The notes under the pieces are model-generated. The model did not search any database. It had not been told where the DNA came from and was given only the letters and a program-made list of their open reading frames with translations. A DNA stretch of 64,000 bases, taken from NCBI GenBank assembly GCA_019638115.1, contig JAHBUK010000005.1, positions 91,111 to 155,110 on the forward strand, given 5' to 3'. This document shows, piece by piece, positions 56,137 to 64,000 of this stretch. The position numbers were made by a program, and so were the translations under genes. Each line of letters starts with the position of its first letter. The stretch's first letter is position 1. Origin of the DNA: Flavobacteriales bacterium. Lineage in GTDB: Bacteria; Bacteroidota; Bacteroidia; Flavobacteriales_F; PHOS-HE28.

Positions 56137-57407
56137 TCAACGCTGCAGGTGAACGTGGCCCGGTGGTGGGGATCCATGGCGTGAGCAGCCAGACAGGGAT
56201 GGCCCTTTTTGCCGACCTTATCGGGCGCGGCATCGAAGTATTCGGCCATGCGCGTGATACCGAGCACGGAAGGAGCGTTGTGGATGCTATCCGAGCGCGA
56301 GGCAGCATCCGTTTGGAACGTCCTCCCAACCAGAACGAGGAGGGCTCCCGGGACGTGCCGCTCGGCAAGAACTGGATCGGTCATGACATCCGCGTGCTGG
56401 TGGAACATGCCGATATCATTCTGCTCCCGATCCCATCCCACCATCATGAGGAGGCGGTGAAAGCGCTCCATGATGCCGGGGTTTCCGAGCGACGCATCCC
56501 CTTGGTGCTGATGCCGGGACGCACCTTCGCCGCTCCATACATCTGGCGCATCACAGGCGCCGATCATCCCATCGTCTGCTTCTCAACAGCACCTTATTCC
56601 AGCAAGACCCGCGCATCGGATACCGTGTTCATCAAGCGCCGCAAGCGTACCTGGCTCGCATCCTTGGAAGGTGACCTGAGCAGAAAGTCGGAAGCTGATC
56701 TGGCTTTTCTTTTCCCTCAGGCGGCGATCACCACCATACCGGCACTTACCTCGCTCAACAACATCGGTGCGGTCTTCCATCCGGCTACCTACATGCTCAA
56801 CCAAGCTGCCATTCGCGAACGGATGGCCCAGGGAGCATCCTACTCCTTCTACATGGAGGGCATCCACCAGCAACCCGAAGTGGGGGCGGTTCTTGAGGAG
56901 ATCGATCAGGTACGGCTGCGCATCGCAGACACCTTGGGCCTCGAAGTATTCGGTCTGAAGGATCATCCTCGCGAGGACATCTGGCGCAAGCTCACCAATG
57001 GACTTAGGGCCTTGGAAGAAGAGCACGAGGAGGAGATCGAGGCCCTTCGCAGCATACGCGGCCAGTTCATGCGCTTCCTGAACAATGCGGTGATCTCCGC
57101 ACAGCACTGGTTGGACATCACCTACGGGGTGCAGCGCATCCCCGGCGAACCCTTGCACGAGGCCATTGGTCGCACGCCCACCTACCAGCGCGATTCCGTT
57201 CCACAGTTGCGTTACGTGGAAGAGGATGTGCCCACGGGCTTGGTGCCCTTGGAAGCCCTGGCCCTGCGTACTGGCATCGATCCAGGACCGATCACCGACA
57301 TCATCGATCGTTGCAGTGATCTGGTGGGGTCCGATCTTCGGAAAAGCGGACGCAACCTGCGCGAATTCACTGATGACGAGGTACGCAGTTACCTGCTGGG
57401 GCGATGA
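56133..57407 (+). CDS. NAD/NADP-dependent octopine/nopaline (opine) dehydrogenase family protein
   Basis: LNNIGAVFHP, SFYMEG, IDQVRLRIADTLG and RYVEEDVPTGLVP C-terminal domain motifs; atypical N-terminal Rossmann loop. Confidence 0.75.
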   Translation: MINAAGERGPVVGIHGVSSQTGMALFADLIGRGIEVFGHARDTEHGRSVVDAIRARGSIRLERPPNQNEEGSRDVPLGKNWIGHDIRVLVEHADIILLPIPSHHHEEAVKALHDAGVSERRIPLVLMPGRTFAAPYIWRITGADHPIVCFSTAPYSSKTRASDTVFIKRRKRTWLASLEGDLSRKSEADLAFLFPQAAITTIPALTSLNNIGAVFHPATYMLNQAAIRERMAQGASYSFYMEGIHQQPEVGAVLEEIDQVRLRIADTLGLEVFGLKDHPREDIWRKLTNGLRALEEEHEEEIEALRSIRGQFMRFLNNAVISAQHWLDITYGVQRIPGEPLHEAIGRTPTYQRDSVPQLRYVEEDVPTGLVPLEALALRTGIDPGPITDIIDRCSDLVGSDLRKSGRNLREFTDDEVRSYLLGR

Positions 57408-58468
57408 CGATCGAAGCGATCAAGCAGGAGTTGGCGCGCTCGTTACCCGGGTTGGAGGCCCTGCGCGCGCTGTCCTACGAAGTGCCCAACAGGGTTCTGG
57501 AAGAGATCCCTCATCCATTGGTTTCCGTGCGGGTCATCACCTTTCGACACCTAGCCTACCTGAGGCGTTGCGTGGAAAGCATCCTCGCCCAGCGGACGAC
57601 CTTTCCATTCGAAGTGCTCATCGGTGAGGACCACAGCGATGATGGCACGCGTGAACTGGCGTTCCAACTTGCCAAGGAGCATCCAGGCCGGATCCGTTTG
57701 ATAACGGCCGACCGCAATGTGGGGGTGAAGGCCAATGGCTACCGCCTACGTATGGCCGCTCGCGGGGAGTTCACCGCCCTGTGCGAAGGAGATGACCACT
57801 GGTTGGATGAGAACAAGCTGCAGGGCCAAGTGGATACCCTGCTCTCCGATCCACAAGCTGTGGGCTGTTTCACCAATGCCTGGAACGAGCGGGATGGATC
57901 AAGGAGTGATTACATCAGTGTCTGGTTGGGCAAGGAACCCTGTCCTGAAAAGGTGTTCCTGAAGGACATCATCGGCCGCAACTTCATTCCCACGGCGTCC
58001 TTGGTGTATCGCACCGCGGCACAACGACCGCTCGATCCGGTCACCAGCAAGGCCCCTTTGGGTGATCAGAAACTGCACGTGAACCTGCTCACTTACGGAC
58101 ATTACCGCTTTCTTCCGCGCTACACAGTGGTGCGTGAGGTCCATGCCGGAGGGGTGATCTCCATGAAAAGCCATTTGGAGAAATTGGACTCCAACATCAA
58201 TTCCCTGAAGGTACTTAGTGAAGTGATCGGACAGGAGCACCAGCATGTGGTGCGCCAGCGTATGGCGGAACTGCTCGACCGGGCTGTGCGAGCCGCCCGT
58301 GTGGCGGGTGATCGCATTGCCTCCCGCAGCTATTTGGAACGTTTGTTTGCCTTGCCGGACAACGGTTTGTCCTGGAGAAGAAGGTTCCGTTTGCTCATCT
58401 TCGCCTACGCCCCCGATGCGATCGTGGAATGGGTGCGGGACAACAAGCGAAAACATGCCGACCGTTGA
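57404..58468 (+). CDS. Glycosyltransferase family 2
   Basis: VSVRVITF, IGEDHSDDGT, ALCEGDDHW...KLQ.Q motifs. Confidence 0.88.
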   Translation: MTIEAIKQELARSLPGLEALRALSYEVPNRVLEEIPHPLVSVRVITFRHLAYLRRCVESILAQRTTFPFEVLIGEDHSDDGTRELAFQLAKEHPGRIRLITADRNVGVKANGYRLRMAARGEFTALCEGDDHWLDENKLQGQVDTLLSDPQAVGCFTNAWNERDGSRSDYISVWLGKEPCPEKVFLKDIIGRNFIPTASLVYRTAAQRPLDPVTSKAPLGDQKLHVNLLTYGHYRFLPRYTVVREVHAGGVISMKSHLEKLDSNINSLKVLSEVIGQEHQHVVRQRMAELLDRAVRAARVAGDRIASRSYLERLFALPDNGLSWRRRFRLLIFAYAPDAIVEWVRDNKRKHADR

Positions 58469-59630
58469 ACAGGACCGTTCCGCGCAGGTTGGTCGCCCCC
58501 CCCGCATCGCCATCGCCACCCCCGGCCGCAGTCCGTGGAGCGAGACCTTCATTGCGGCGCACATCGAACGCTTGCGGGAGGTGGTGCTGGTGCTCACCGG
58601 TGGTGCGCCACCGCGCGTGGTGGCCGGTGGTGCTCCCTTGCTGCGCGAAGGCTGGGTAGGGCGCTTGTTGGATGGGGTGGAGGGCCGCCTGCGCGGTGGC
58701 CGCACCGTGGACCTGATCCGACACCGGATCGCCAAGCGACTGACGCAGGACAGGGTGGAGGTGATGCTTGCCGAGTACGGCACTTCCGGCGCCGAGGTGC
58801 TGGAGCCCTGCAAGGCTTTGGGCATCCCGCTGGTGGTGCATTTCCACGGCTTCGATGCGCACCGACCCAAGTACATCGATCGTTATGGTGGCTACCGCGA
58901 GCTGTTCGCTTATGCCTCCGCCCTGGTGGTGGTGAGCCGCGCCATGGAGCAGCAGTTGCTGGCCTTGGGTGCGCCGCGCGAAAAGGTGGTGTACAACGTC
59001 TACGGGATCGATGTGTCGCGCTTCACGCCCGGTAGTCCGGGTGATGCGCCGCCGCACCTGGTGGCCATCGGTCGTTTTGCAGCGAAGAAGGCGCCACAGC
59101 TCACGCTGCGCGCCTTCCGCAAGGTGCTGGATGCCTGCCCCGAGGCGCGCCTCACCATGGCCGGCAAGGGCAAGCTCTGGGATGAATGCGTGGCCCTGGT
59201 GCAGGAGCTCGGCATGGCCCACGCGGTGGAACTGCCGGGCATCGTAACGCCCGAACGCGTGGCCGAGCTGATGCGCAACAGCCGTGCGTTCGTGCAGCAC
59301 AGCGTGGTAACGCCCGATGGCGACCACGAAGGCACTCCGCTGGCGGTGCTGGAAGCCATGGCCTGCGCGCTGCCGGTGATCGCCACGGCGCACGCCGGCA
59401 TCGCTGACGTGGTGCAGCACGGCGAACGTGGACTGCTCTGCGCGGAACACGATGTGGATGCCATGGCCGCGCACATGATCGGCTGCATCCGTGATCCGCA
59501 GGCCGCTGCGCGCATGGGCCTGGCCGGTCGCGCCTACGTGGAGCGTGCGCACCGTGTGGAGGATCGCGTGGCCGGACTGCAACGCATCCTTGATCGCGCA
59601 GCGCGCGGCGAAGCACAAGTGCTGGAATGA
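58455..59630 (+). CDS. Glycosyltransferase family 4
   Basis: VHFHGFD, GRF..KK and EGTPLAVLEAMACALPV motifs; ATG at 58455. Confidence 0.9.
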   Translation: MPTVEQDRSAQVGRPPRIAIATPGRSPWSETFIAAHIERLREVVLVLTGGAPPRVVAGGAPLLREGWVGRLLDGVEGRLRGGRTVDLIRHRIAKRLTQDRVEVMLAEYGTSGAEVLEPCKALGIPLVVHFHGFDAHRPKYIDRYGGYRELFAYASALVVVSRAMEQQLLALGAPREKVVYNVYGIDVSRFTPGSPGDAPPHLVAIGRFAAKKAPQLTLRAFRKVLDACPEARLTMAGKGKLWDECVALVQELGMAHAVELPGIVTPERVAELMRNSRAFVQHSVVTPDGDHEGTPLAVLEAMACALPVIATAHAGIADVVQHGERGLLCAEHDVDAMAAHMIGCIRDPQAAARMGLAGRAYVERAHRVEDRVAGLQRILDRAARGEAQVLE

Positions 59631-60832
59631 TGCGGGTGCTGCACATCACGCACTACGGCGAGCTGTACGGGGCCAACCGCTCCCTGCTCGACCTGGTGCT
59701 GCGTGCCCGCGAAGCGCACGGTGTAGAGGCCTTCGTACTGCTGGGCCGCGATGGTGCTTTGCGCGAACGATTGGAACAGGCGGGGATCCCCTGTGCAGTG
59801 GTCCCCTTCAAGCCTTGGATGGAGCGCCGCATCTACATGGGCGGTCCGCACCACCGCCTGATGCAATGGACCCGTCACCGCCGTGCCATGGCGCAGCGCG
59901 CCCGCTTCAACCGCCAGGCCCTGCAAGACATGCTGCACCGTGTGGCTGCATGGCGTCCGGAGCTGTTGCACGTGCACAGTTCCGTGATCGGCCTGGGCCC
60001 GGAGCTGGCGCGCGGGCTGCAGCTGCCCTGGGTGTGGCACATCCGCGAGTTGCACCGCCAGCACTACGGCTACAGCGTTGACGGCGGCGAAGCGGCATTC
60101 GGCAGGGCACTGCGCAAGGCCGATGCGGTGATAGCCCTCTCGGAAGCTGTGCGGCGCGATGTGCTGGAACTCGGTGGCAAGCGCGTGCGTGTACACGTGA
60201 TCCCCAACGGCATCGCTCACGCGGAGCAACTGCTGCACTTGCGGCAACAGGCGGAGCAGCGCTGGGAGCACACGCGCCCCTTCCGATTTGCGCTGCTCGG
60301 CCTATTCCACCCCAGCAAAGGGCAGGTGGAAGCGGTGAAAGCGCTCGCCGCTGTGCGCGCATCCGGCGTTGATGCGGAGCTGGTGCTGGCAGGCAACGGA
60401 CCCGCCGAAGCGATCGAGCGCAGCATCGCGGCCACCGGCATGCAGGCCCACGTGCATCGGGTCGGATTCGTGGAGGATCCCTTCGCGCTGTACCACACGG
60501 TGCATTGCGTGCTGAACTGCTCGCGCCACGAAGCCATGGGGCGCACCACGGTGGAGGCCATGGCCAGCGGTCTGCCCGTGATCGGCCACGCGAGCGGCGC
60601 CACGGTGGAACTCATCGAGCCCGGTCAGTTCGGCGCCTTGTACCGCAGCCCGGAGGAACTGGCCGCGCATATGCGGCAACTGGCCACGCACCCCGACGAA
60701 ACACGCCGCATGGGCCGCGCCGCCATGGACGCCATGGCCCTGCTGGCCCAGGTGGAAAGCATGTGCGCCGCAACGCTCCGTGTATATTGCCAGCTGCTGC
60801 AACGGCCGCCTGCCTCCGTGCTATTGCCGTAG
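59627..60832 (+). CDS. Glycosyltransferase family 4
   Basis: YGANRSL, WHIRE, KGQ and EAMGRTTVEAMASGLPV motifs. Confidence 0.9.
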   Translation: MMRVLHITHYGELYGANRSLLDLVLRAREAHGVEAFVLLGRDGALRERLEQAGIPCAVVPFKPWMERRIYMGGPHHRLMQWTRHRRAMAQRARFNRQALQDMLHRVAAWRPELLHVHSSVIGLGPELARGLQLPWVWHIRELHRQHYGYSVDGGEAAFGRALRKADAVIALSEAVRRDVLELGGKRVRVHVIPNGIAHAEQLLHLRQQAEQRWEHTRPFRFALLGLFHPSKGQVEAVKALAAVRASGVDAELVLAGNGPAEAIERSIAATGMQAHVHRVGFVEDPFALYHTVHCVLNCSRHEAMGRTTVEAMASGLPVIGHASGATVELIEPGQFGALYRSPEELAAHMRQLATHPDETRRMGRAAMDAMALLAQVESMCAATLRVYCQLLQRPPASVLLP

Positions 60833-60841
60833 CTCGTCCCC

Positions 60842-61846
60842 ATGCCACCGCGCATCTCCCTGATCACCCCCAGTTACCAACAGGCCAACTACCTGGAGGA
60901 ATGCCTGCGCTCGGTGCACGAGCAGGGTTACGCGGACCTGGAGCACATCGTGGTGGACGGCGGCAGCAGCGATGGATCGGCGGCCCTGTTGGAGCGCTGG
61001 TCGCCCAAGCTGGCGTGGTGGTGCAGCGAGGCCGATGGCGGCCAGAGCGCGGCCATCAACAAGGGGCTGGCGCGGGCCACCGGTCAGGTGTTCGGCTGGC
61101 TGAACAGCGACGATGCCCTGCTGCCCGGTTCCCTGCAACGCATTGCGGATGCCTTTGAGCAGGATCCCACGCTGCTGGTGTATGGCGGGCAACGGGTGGT
61201 GCAAGCAACGGACGGCAGCCGGCACAGCCCGCCACTGGATGACGCAGCGGACCGCGATGGGCTCTTCATCCGTCCCCAGGTGAACCAGCAGTCCACCTTC
61301 TTCCGGCTGGATGCCGTGCGCGCCCTGGGCGGTGTGGATGAGCGACTGCGCTACGTGATGGACCTGGAGTTCTGGTGGCAGTTGCTCTTCGCGTACGGCT
61401 GCGATCACCTGCGCTTCGAGCCCATTCCCTTGGCGCTCTTCCGCCTGCATACGGACAGCAAGACCAGCCGCGAGCAGCAGTCCTTCGTGGATGAGACCGC
61501 CGCCATCCTGCACGGCATGTGTACACGCAGCGGGCTGCATGCGCTCGCCGCGGTGCTGGCCAGCGCACACGACTTGCCCACGGAGCTCCGCGGCGTGCCG
61601 GTCACCAGCGCGCATGCGGACTTGGTACGCCGCATCACCGAGCATTTCCTGCTGCGTTGGCACCACCTCGTTTTTAATGAGCGCGTGTTCCAGGCCATGC
61701 GCCGTTTTATGGCGGAGTGCCCACCGGATGCCTCCAGCCTGGATGCTGAGCAAGAGCAGTGGTTGGCCACGCTGCGCAAGGAGTTGAACGTGCCGGGCTG
61801 GTGGGCCTTCCGCCTGCGTCGCAAATGGCAGCACCTCGTGTCATGA
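60842..61846 (+). CDS. Glycosyltransferase family 2
   Basis: ISLITPSYQQ, VVDGGSSDGS, WLNSDD and MDLEFW motifs. Confidence 0.9.
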   Translation: MPPRISLITPSYQQANYLEECLRSVHEQGYADLEHIVVDGGSSDGSAALLERWSPKLAWWCSEADGGQSAAINKGLARATGQVFGWLNSDDALLPGSLQRIADAFEQDPTLLVYGGQRVVQATDGSRHSPPLDDAADRDGLFIRPQVNQQSTFFRLDAVRALGGVDERLRYVMDLEFWWQLLFAYGCDHLRFEPIPLALFRLHTDSKTSREQQSFVDETAAILHGMCTRSGLHALAAVLASAHDLPTELRGVPVTSAHADLVRRITEHFLLRWHHLVFNERVFQAMRRFMAECPPDASSLDAEQEQWLATLRKELNVPGWWAFRLRRKWQHLVS

Positions 61847-62853
61847 AGGTCACCGCGCTGCTACCCGTTTACAACAAGGCCCCCTGGTTGCAGGAGTGCC
61901 TGGACAGCATCCTGGGGCAGCGCTTCGGCGACTTCGAGCTGCTGGCCGTGGACGATGCCAGCACCGATGGCAGTGCGGAGATCCTGGCGCGCTGCAGCGA
62001 TCCGCGTTTGCGTGTGTTGCGCATGCCGAAGAACAGCGGGCCGGGGCTTGCGGCACAGCACGGCATGGGTGCGGCACAGGGCGAATACATCCTGCGCGTG
62101 GATGCCGATGATGTGCTGATGCCCGAGCGTTTCGCACGGCAGGTGGCCTTCCTCGATGCACACCCGGAGGTGGGCCTGTGCGGCTCCGCTTTGGAACTCC
62201 TGCATGCTCCGGGAGAGCGGCGTTCCAACCCTGCGGACCACGCTGCGGCCATTGCCAACCTGCCCTTCGGCGTGGCGCTCTTCCAGCCCACCATGGCCAT
62301 GCGGCGCAGCGTGCTGCAAGCGCACGACATCCGCTACCTGCCGCACTGGCCGCGCTTCGGCGAGGACTGGCTGTTCCAGGCCAGCGCGATCCGGCACACG
62401 CGCATCGCAAACCTGCCCGAAGCCTTGGTGCGCTACCGCGAAGGGCCGCAGAACACCGCCCACGGCCGCGACCGCAGCGCCGACCTGGAGCGTTTGTGCA
62501 AGGCCGTGTTCCCCCTGCTGGGCTTCCCCGTGCCCGATCCCGCGCAGTGCGCATTGAACGCCATGGCCGTTAACCATTTCCGCCGTGCGCCCGATCGCGC
62601 ACAGTTGCTCGCCTTCAAGGCCTGGCTGGCACACTTGGTACACGTGAACAATGCACAGGGCCTGCTCGATCACGCGGCCTTCAGCGTACGCACGCAAGCG
62701 GCTTGGGATGCGCTGCTCTACCAGATGCCCCGCTTTGGTTCCGCTGCCGTGTGGGCCTACCTGCGCAGTGGCGCCCGGCTTGATGCGCCACGTGCCTATT
62801 ACCTGTTCCGCAGCCTGCTCGGCGGCGGTACACGATCCGGAGCAAGCGCATGA
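61843..62853 (+). CDS. Glycosyltransferase family 2
   Basis: LLPVYN, VDDASTDGS, RVDADD and EDW motifs; ATG at 61843. Confidence 0.9.
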   Translation: MKVTALLPVYNKAPWLQECLDSILGQRFGDFELLAVDDASTDGSAEILARCSDPRLRVLRMPKNSGPGLAAQHGMGAAQGEYILRVDADDVLMPERFARQVAFLDAHPEVGLCGSALELLHAPGERRSNPADHAAAIANLPFGVALFQPTMAMRRSVLQAHDIRYLPHWPRFGEDWLFQASAIRHTRIANLPEALVRYREGPQNTAHGRDRSADLERLCKAVFPLLGFPVPDPAQCALNAMAVNHFRRAPDRAQLLAFKAWLAHLVHVNNAQGLLDHAAFSVRTQAAWDALLYQMPRFGSAAVWAYLRSGARLDAPRAYYLFRSLLGGGTRSGASA

Positions 62854-64000
62854 AGGAGCTCTGGTTGTTCACCCGGCAATTCCCCTTGGGGCGCGGCGAG
62901 GCTTTTTTGGAAAGCGCGCTGCCCGAGTTGTGCAAGCACTTCAGCAAGGTGCGCGTGATCCCCATGTACGAAGGGCCCGGTGCGGTGCCGCTGCCAAAGG
63001 GTGTGGAGGAACTGCGGCTGTGGCGCGGGCAGGAAGCTTTCGCGGGGCTCGGCACCAAGGACACGATAGTGCGCCTGCCATCCCTGTTGCGCCTGTTGGT
63101 CGCGCGGGGTGCCGGTAGTTCCGGTCACCGGGGCGGTGGGCGCGAAGCCTTCAGCCATGCTCGCCAATTGCTGCGCAAAGCGGCCGATGTGGAAGCCCGC
63201 CTGCTGCCGGACTATGATCCGGCGCGCGTGGTGCTGCTCTGCGCGTGGATGGAGGATTGGGTGAACGTGCTCGCCATCCTGAAGGAGCGCCATCCGCGGT
63301 TGCGCATCAATTGCCTCGCGCACGGTTGGGACCTGTTCGAGGCGCGGCGGGGCAGCGGCGCCATACCGTTCCGCGCCATGCAGATGTGTGCCGTGGACCG
63401 CGTTTTGTGCATCTCCGAGCACGGGCTGCGGCACTTGCAGCAGCGCTATCCGGAGCACCGGTCGAAGTTGGCCGTTGCGCGCCTCGGCACGGCAGATCAT
63501 GGAGCGGCCCCTTGGGCACCGGCGGAAGCGTTGCGTTTGGTGAGCTGTGCCTACCTGCGTCCACCCAAGCGCCTGCACCTGCTTGCCGAGGCCCTGCAGC
63601 ACGTGCAACGCCCCGTGCATTGGACCCACTTCGGCGGTGGTCCCAATGAAGCCGCGTTGAAGGCGATATGCGCAACACTTCAGAAGCACGTGCAAGTGGA
63701 ACTGAAAGGTTCCGTGCCCAATGCCGAGGTGCTCGCCTGGTACGCTGCGCAGCCGGTGGACCTGTGCGTGCTCCTGAGCGGCCATGAAGGTGTGCCGGTA
63801 TCCTTGATGGAGGCCATCAGCTTCGGGGTACCCGTGCTGGTGAACGCCGTGGGCGGCATGCCCGAGCTGGTGGATGCCCGCACCGGCGAGTGCCTGCCCG
63901 CCGAGGTGGATGCCCACACACTGGCACACTGGCTGAACGGCACTGCTCCGGACGCGTTGCTCGATCCCGACTTCCGCAGCAAGGTGCGCACAGCCTGGCA
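62850..64000 (+). CDS. Glycosyltransferase family 4 (runs off the window end)
   Basis: Not in the ORF track; translated by hand from ATG 62850: MKELWLFTRQFPLGRGEAFLE...EGVPVSLMEAISFGVPV...VGGMPELV. Confidence 0.85.
   Translation, partial: MKELWLFTRQFPLGRGEAFLESALPELCKHFSKVRVIPMYEGPGAVPLPKGVEELRLWRGQEAFAGLGTKDTIVRLPSLLRLLVARGAGSSGHRGGGREAFSHARQLLRKAADVEARLLPDYDPARVVLLCAWMEDWVNVLAILKERHPRLRINCLAHGWDLFEARRGSGAIPFRAMQMCAVDRVLCISEHGLRHLQQRYPEHRSKLAVARLGTADHGAAPWAPAEALRLVSCAYLRPPKRLHLLAEALQHVQRPVHWTHFGGGPNEAALKAICATLQKHVQVELKGSVPNAEVLAWYAAQPVDLCVLLSGHEGVPVSLMEAISFGVPVLVNAVGGMPELVDARTGECLPAEVDAHTLAHWLNGTAPDALLDPDFRSKVRTAW

Noticed and set aside
47340-58460. Mobile element explanation for the lower-GC cassette
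   Set aside because: No transposase, integrase, tRNA target or terminal direct/inverted repeats were found at either edge.
1-64000. Frequent CGATCG and a few GCGATCGC (HIP1-like) sites, e.g. 4093, 18476, 23706, 35606
   Set aside because: I found only about four full octamers, against roughly two expected by chance at this GC content. Ile-Asp-Arg codons can also generate the hexamer. A k-mer count would be needed before claiming enrichment.

Overview
Chromosomal window from a high-GC Bacteroidota genome, probably Flavobacteriales-like. The evidence is T9SS C-terminal sorting domains, TAnnTT(T/C/G)G-type -7 promoters and the relA-fur-purA synteny. Bases 1-41 kb hold housekeeping and envelope genes: AcpH, MltF, several T9SS cargo proteins including a secreted agmatine/peptidylarginine deiminase-family enzyme, an M23/LysM peptidase, a VWA + AAA+ pair, Hsp20, RsmF, PurA, STAS, Fur, RelA/SpoT, FahA, GlyA, a DUF5819/SdpA-like + HTTM pair and an exosortase X / PID-CTERM operon. 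From 41.26 kb to the window end is a surface-polysaccharide locus (wzc, wzm, wzt, FkbM methyltransferase, vioA-like aminotransferase, WbqC, six glycosyltransferases). The main find is a cassette of about 9 kb (48.5-57.4 kb) embedded in that locus. It encodes an L-amino-acid-ligase-like ATP-grasp, a single-chain cobalamin-binding (DxHxxG) mutase-like protein with no radical-SAM motif, an HTTM membrane pair, a divergent PLP enzyme, a second sugar-transfer-type ATP-grasp and an opine-dehydrogenase-like protein. This looks like an uncharacterised, B12-dependent pathway that builds an unusual amino acid or opine and attaches it to a surface glycan (inference). No rRNA, tRNA, CRISPR array, transposase or integrase was recognised. 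All family assignments come from motif recognition by eye; no database search was run.
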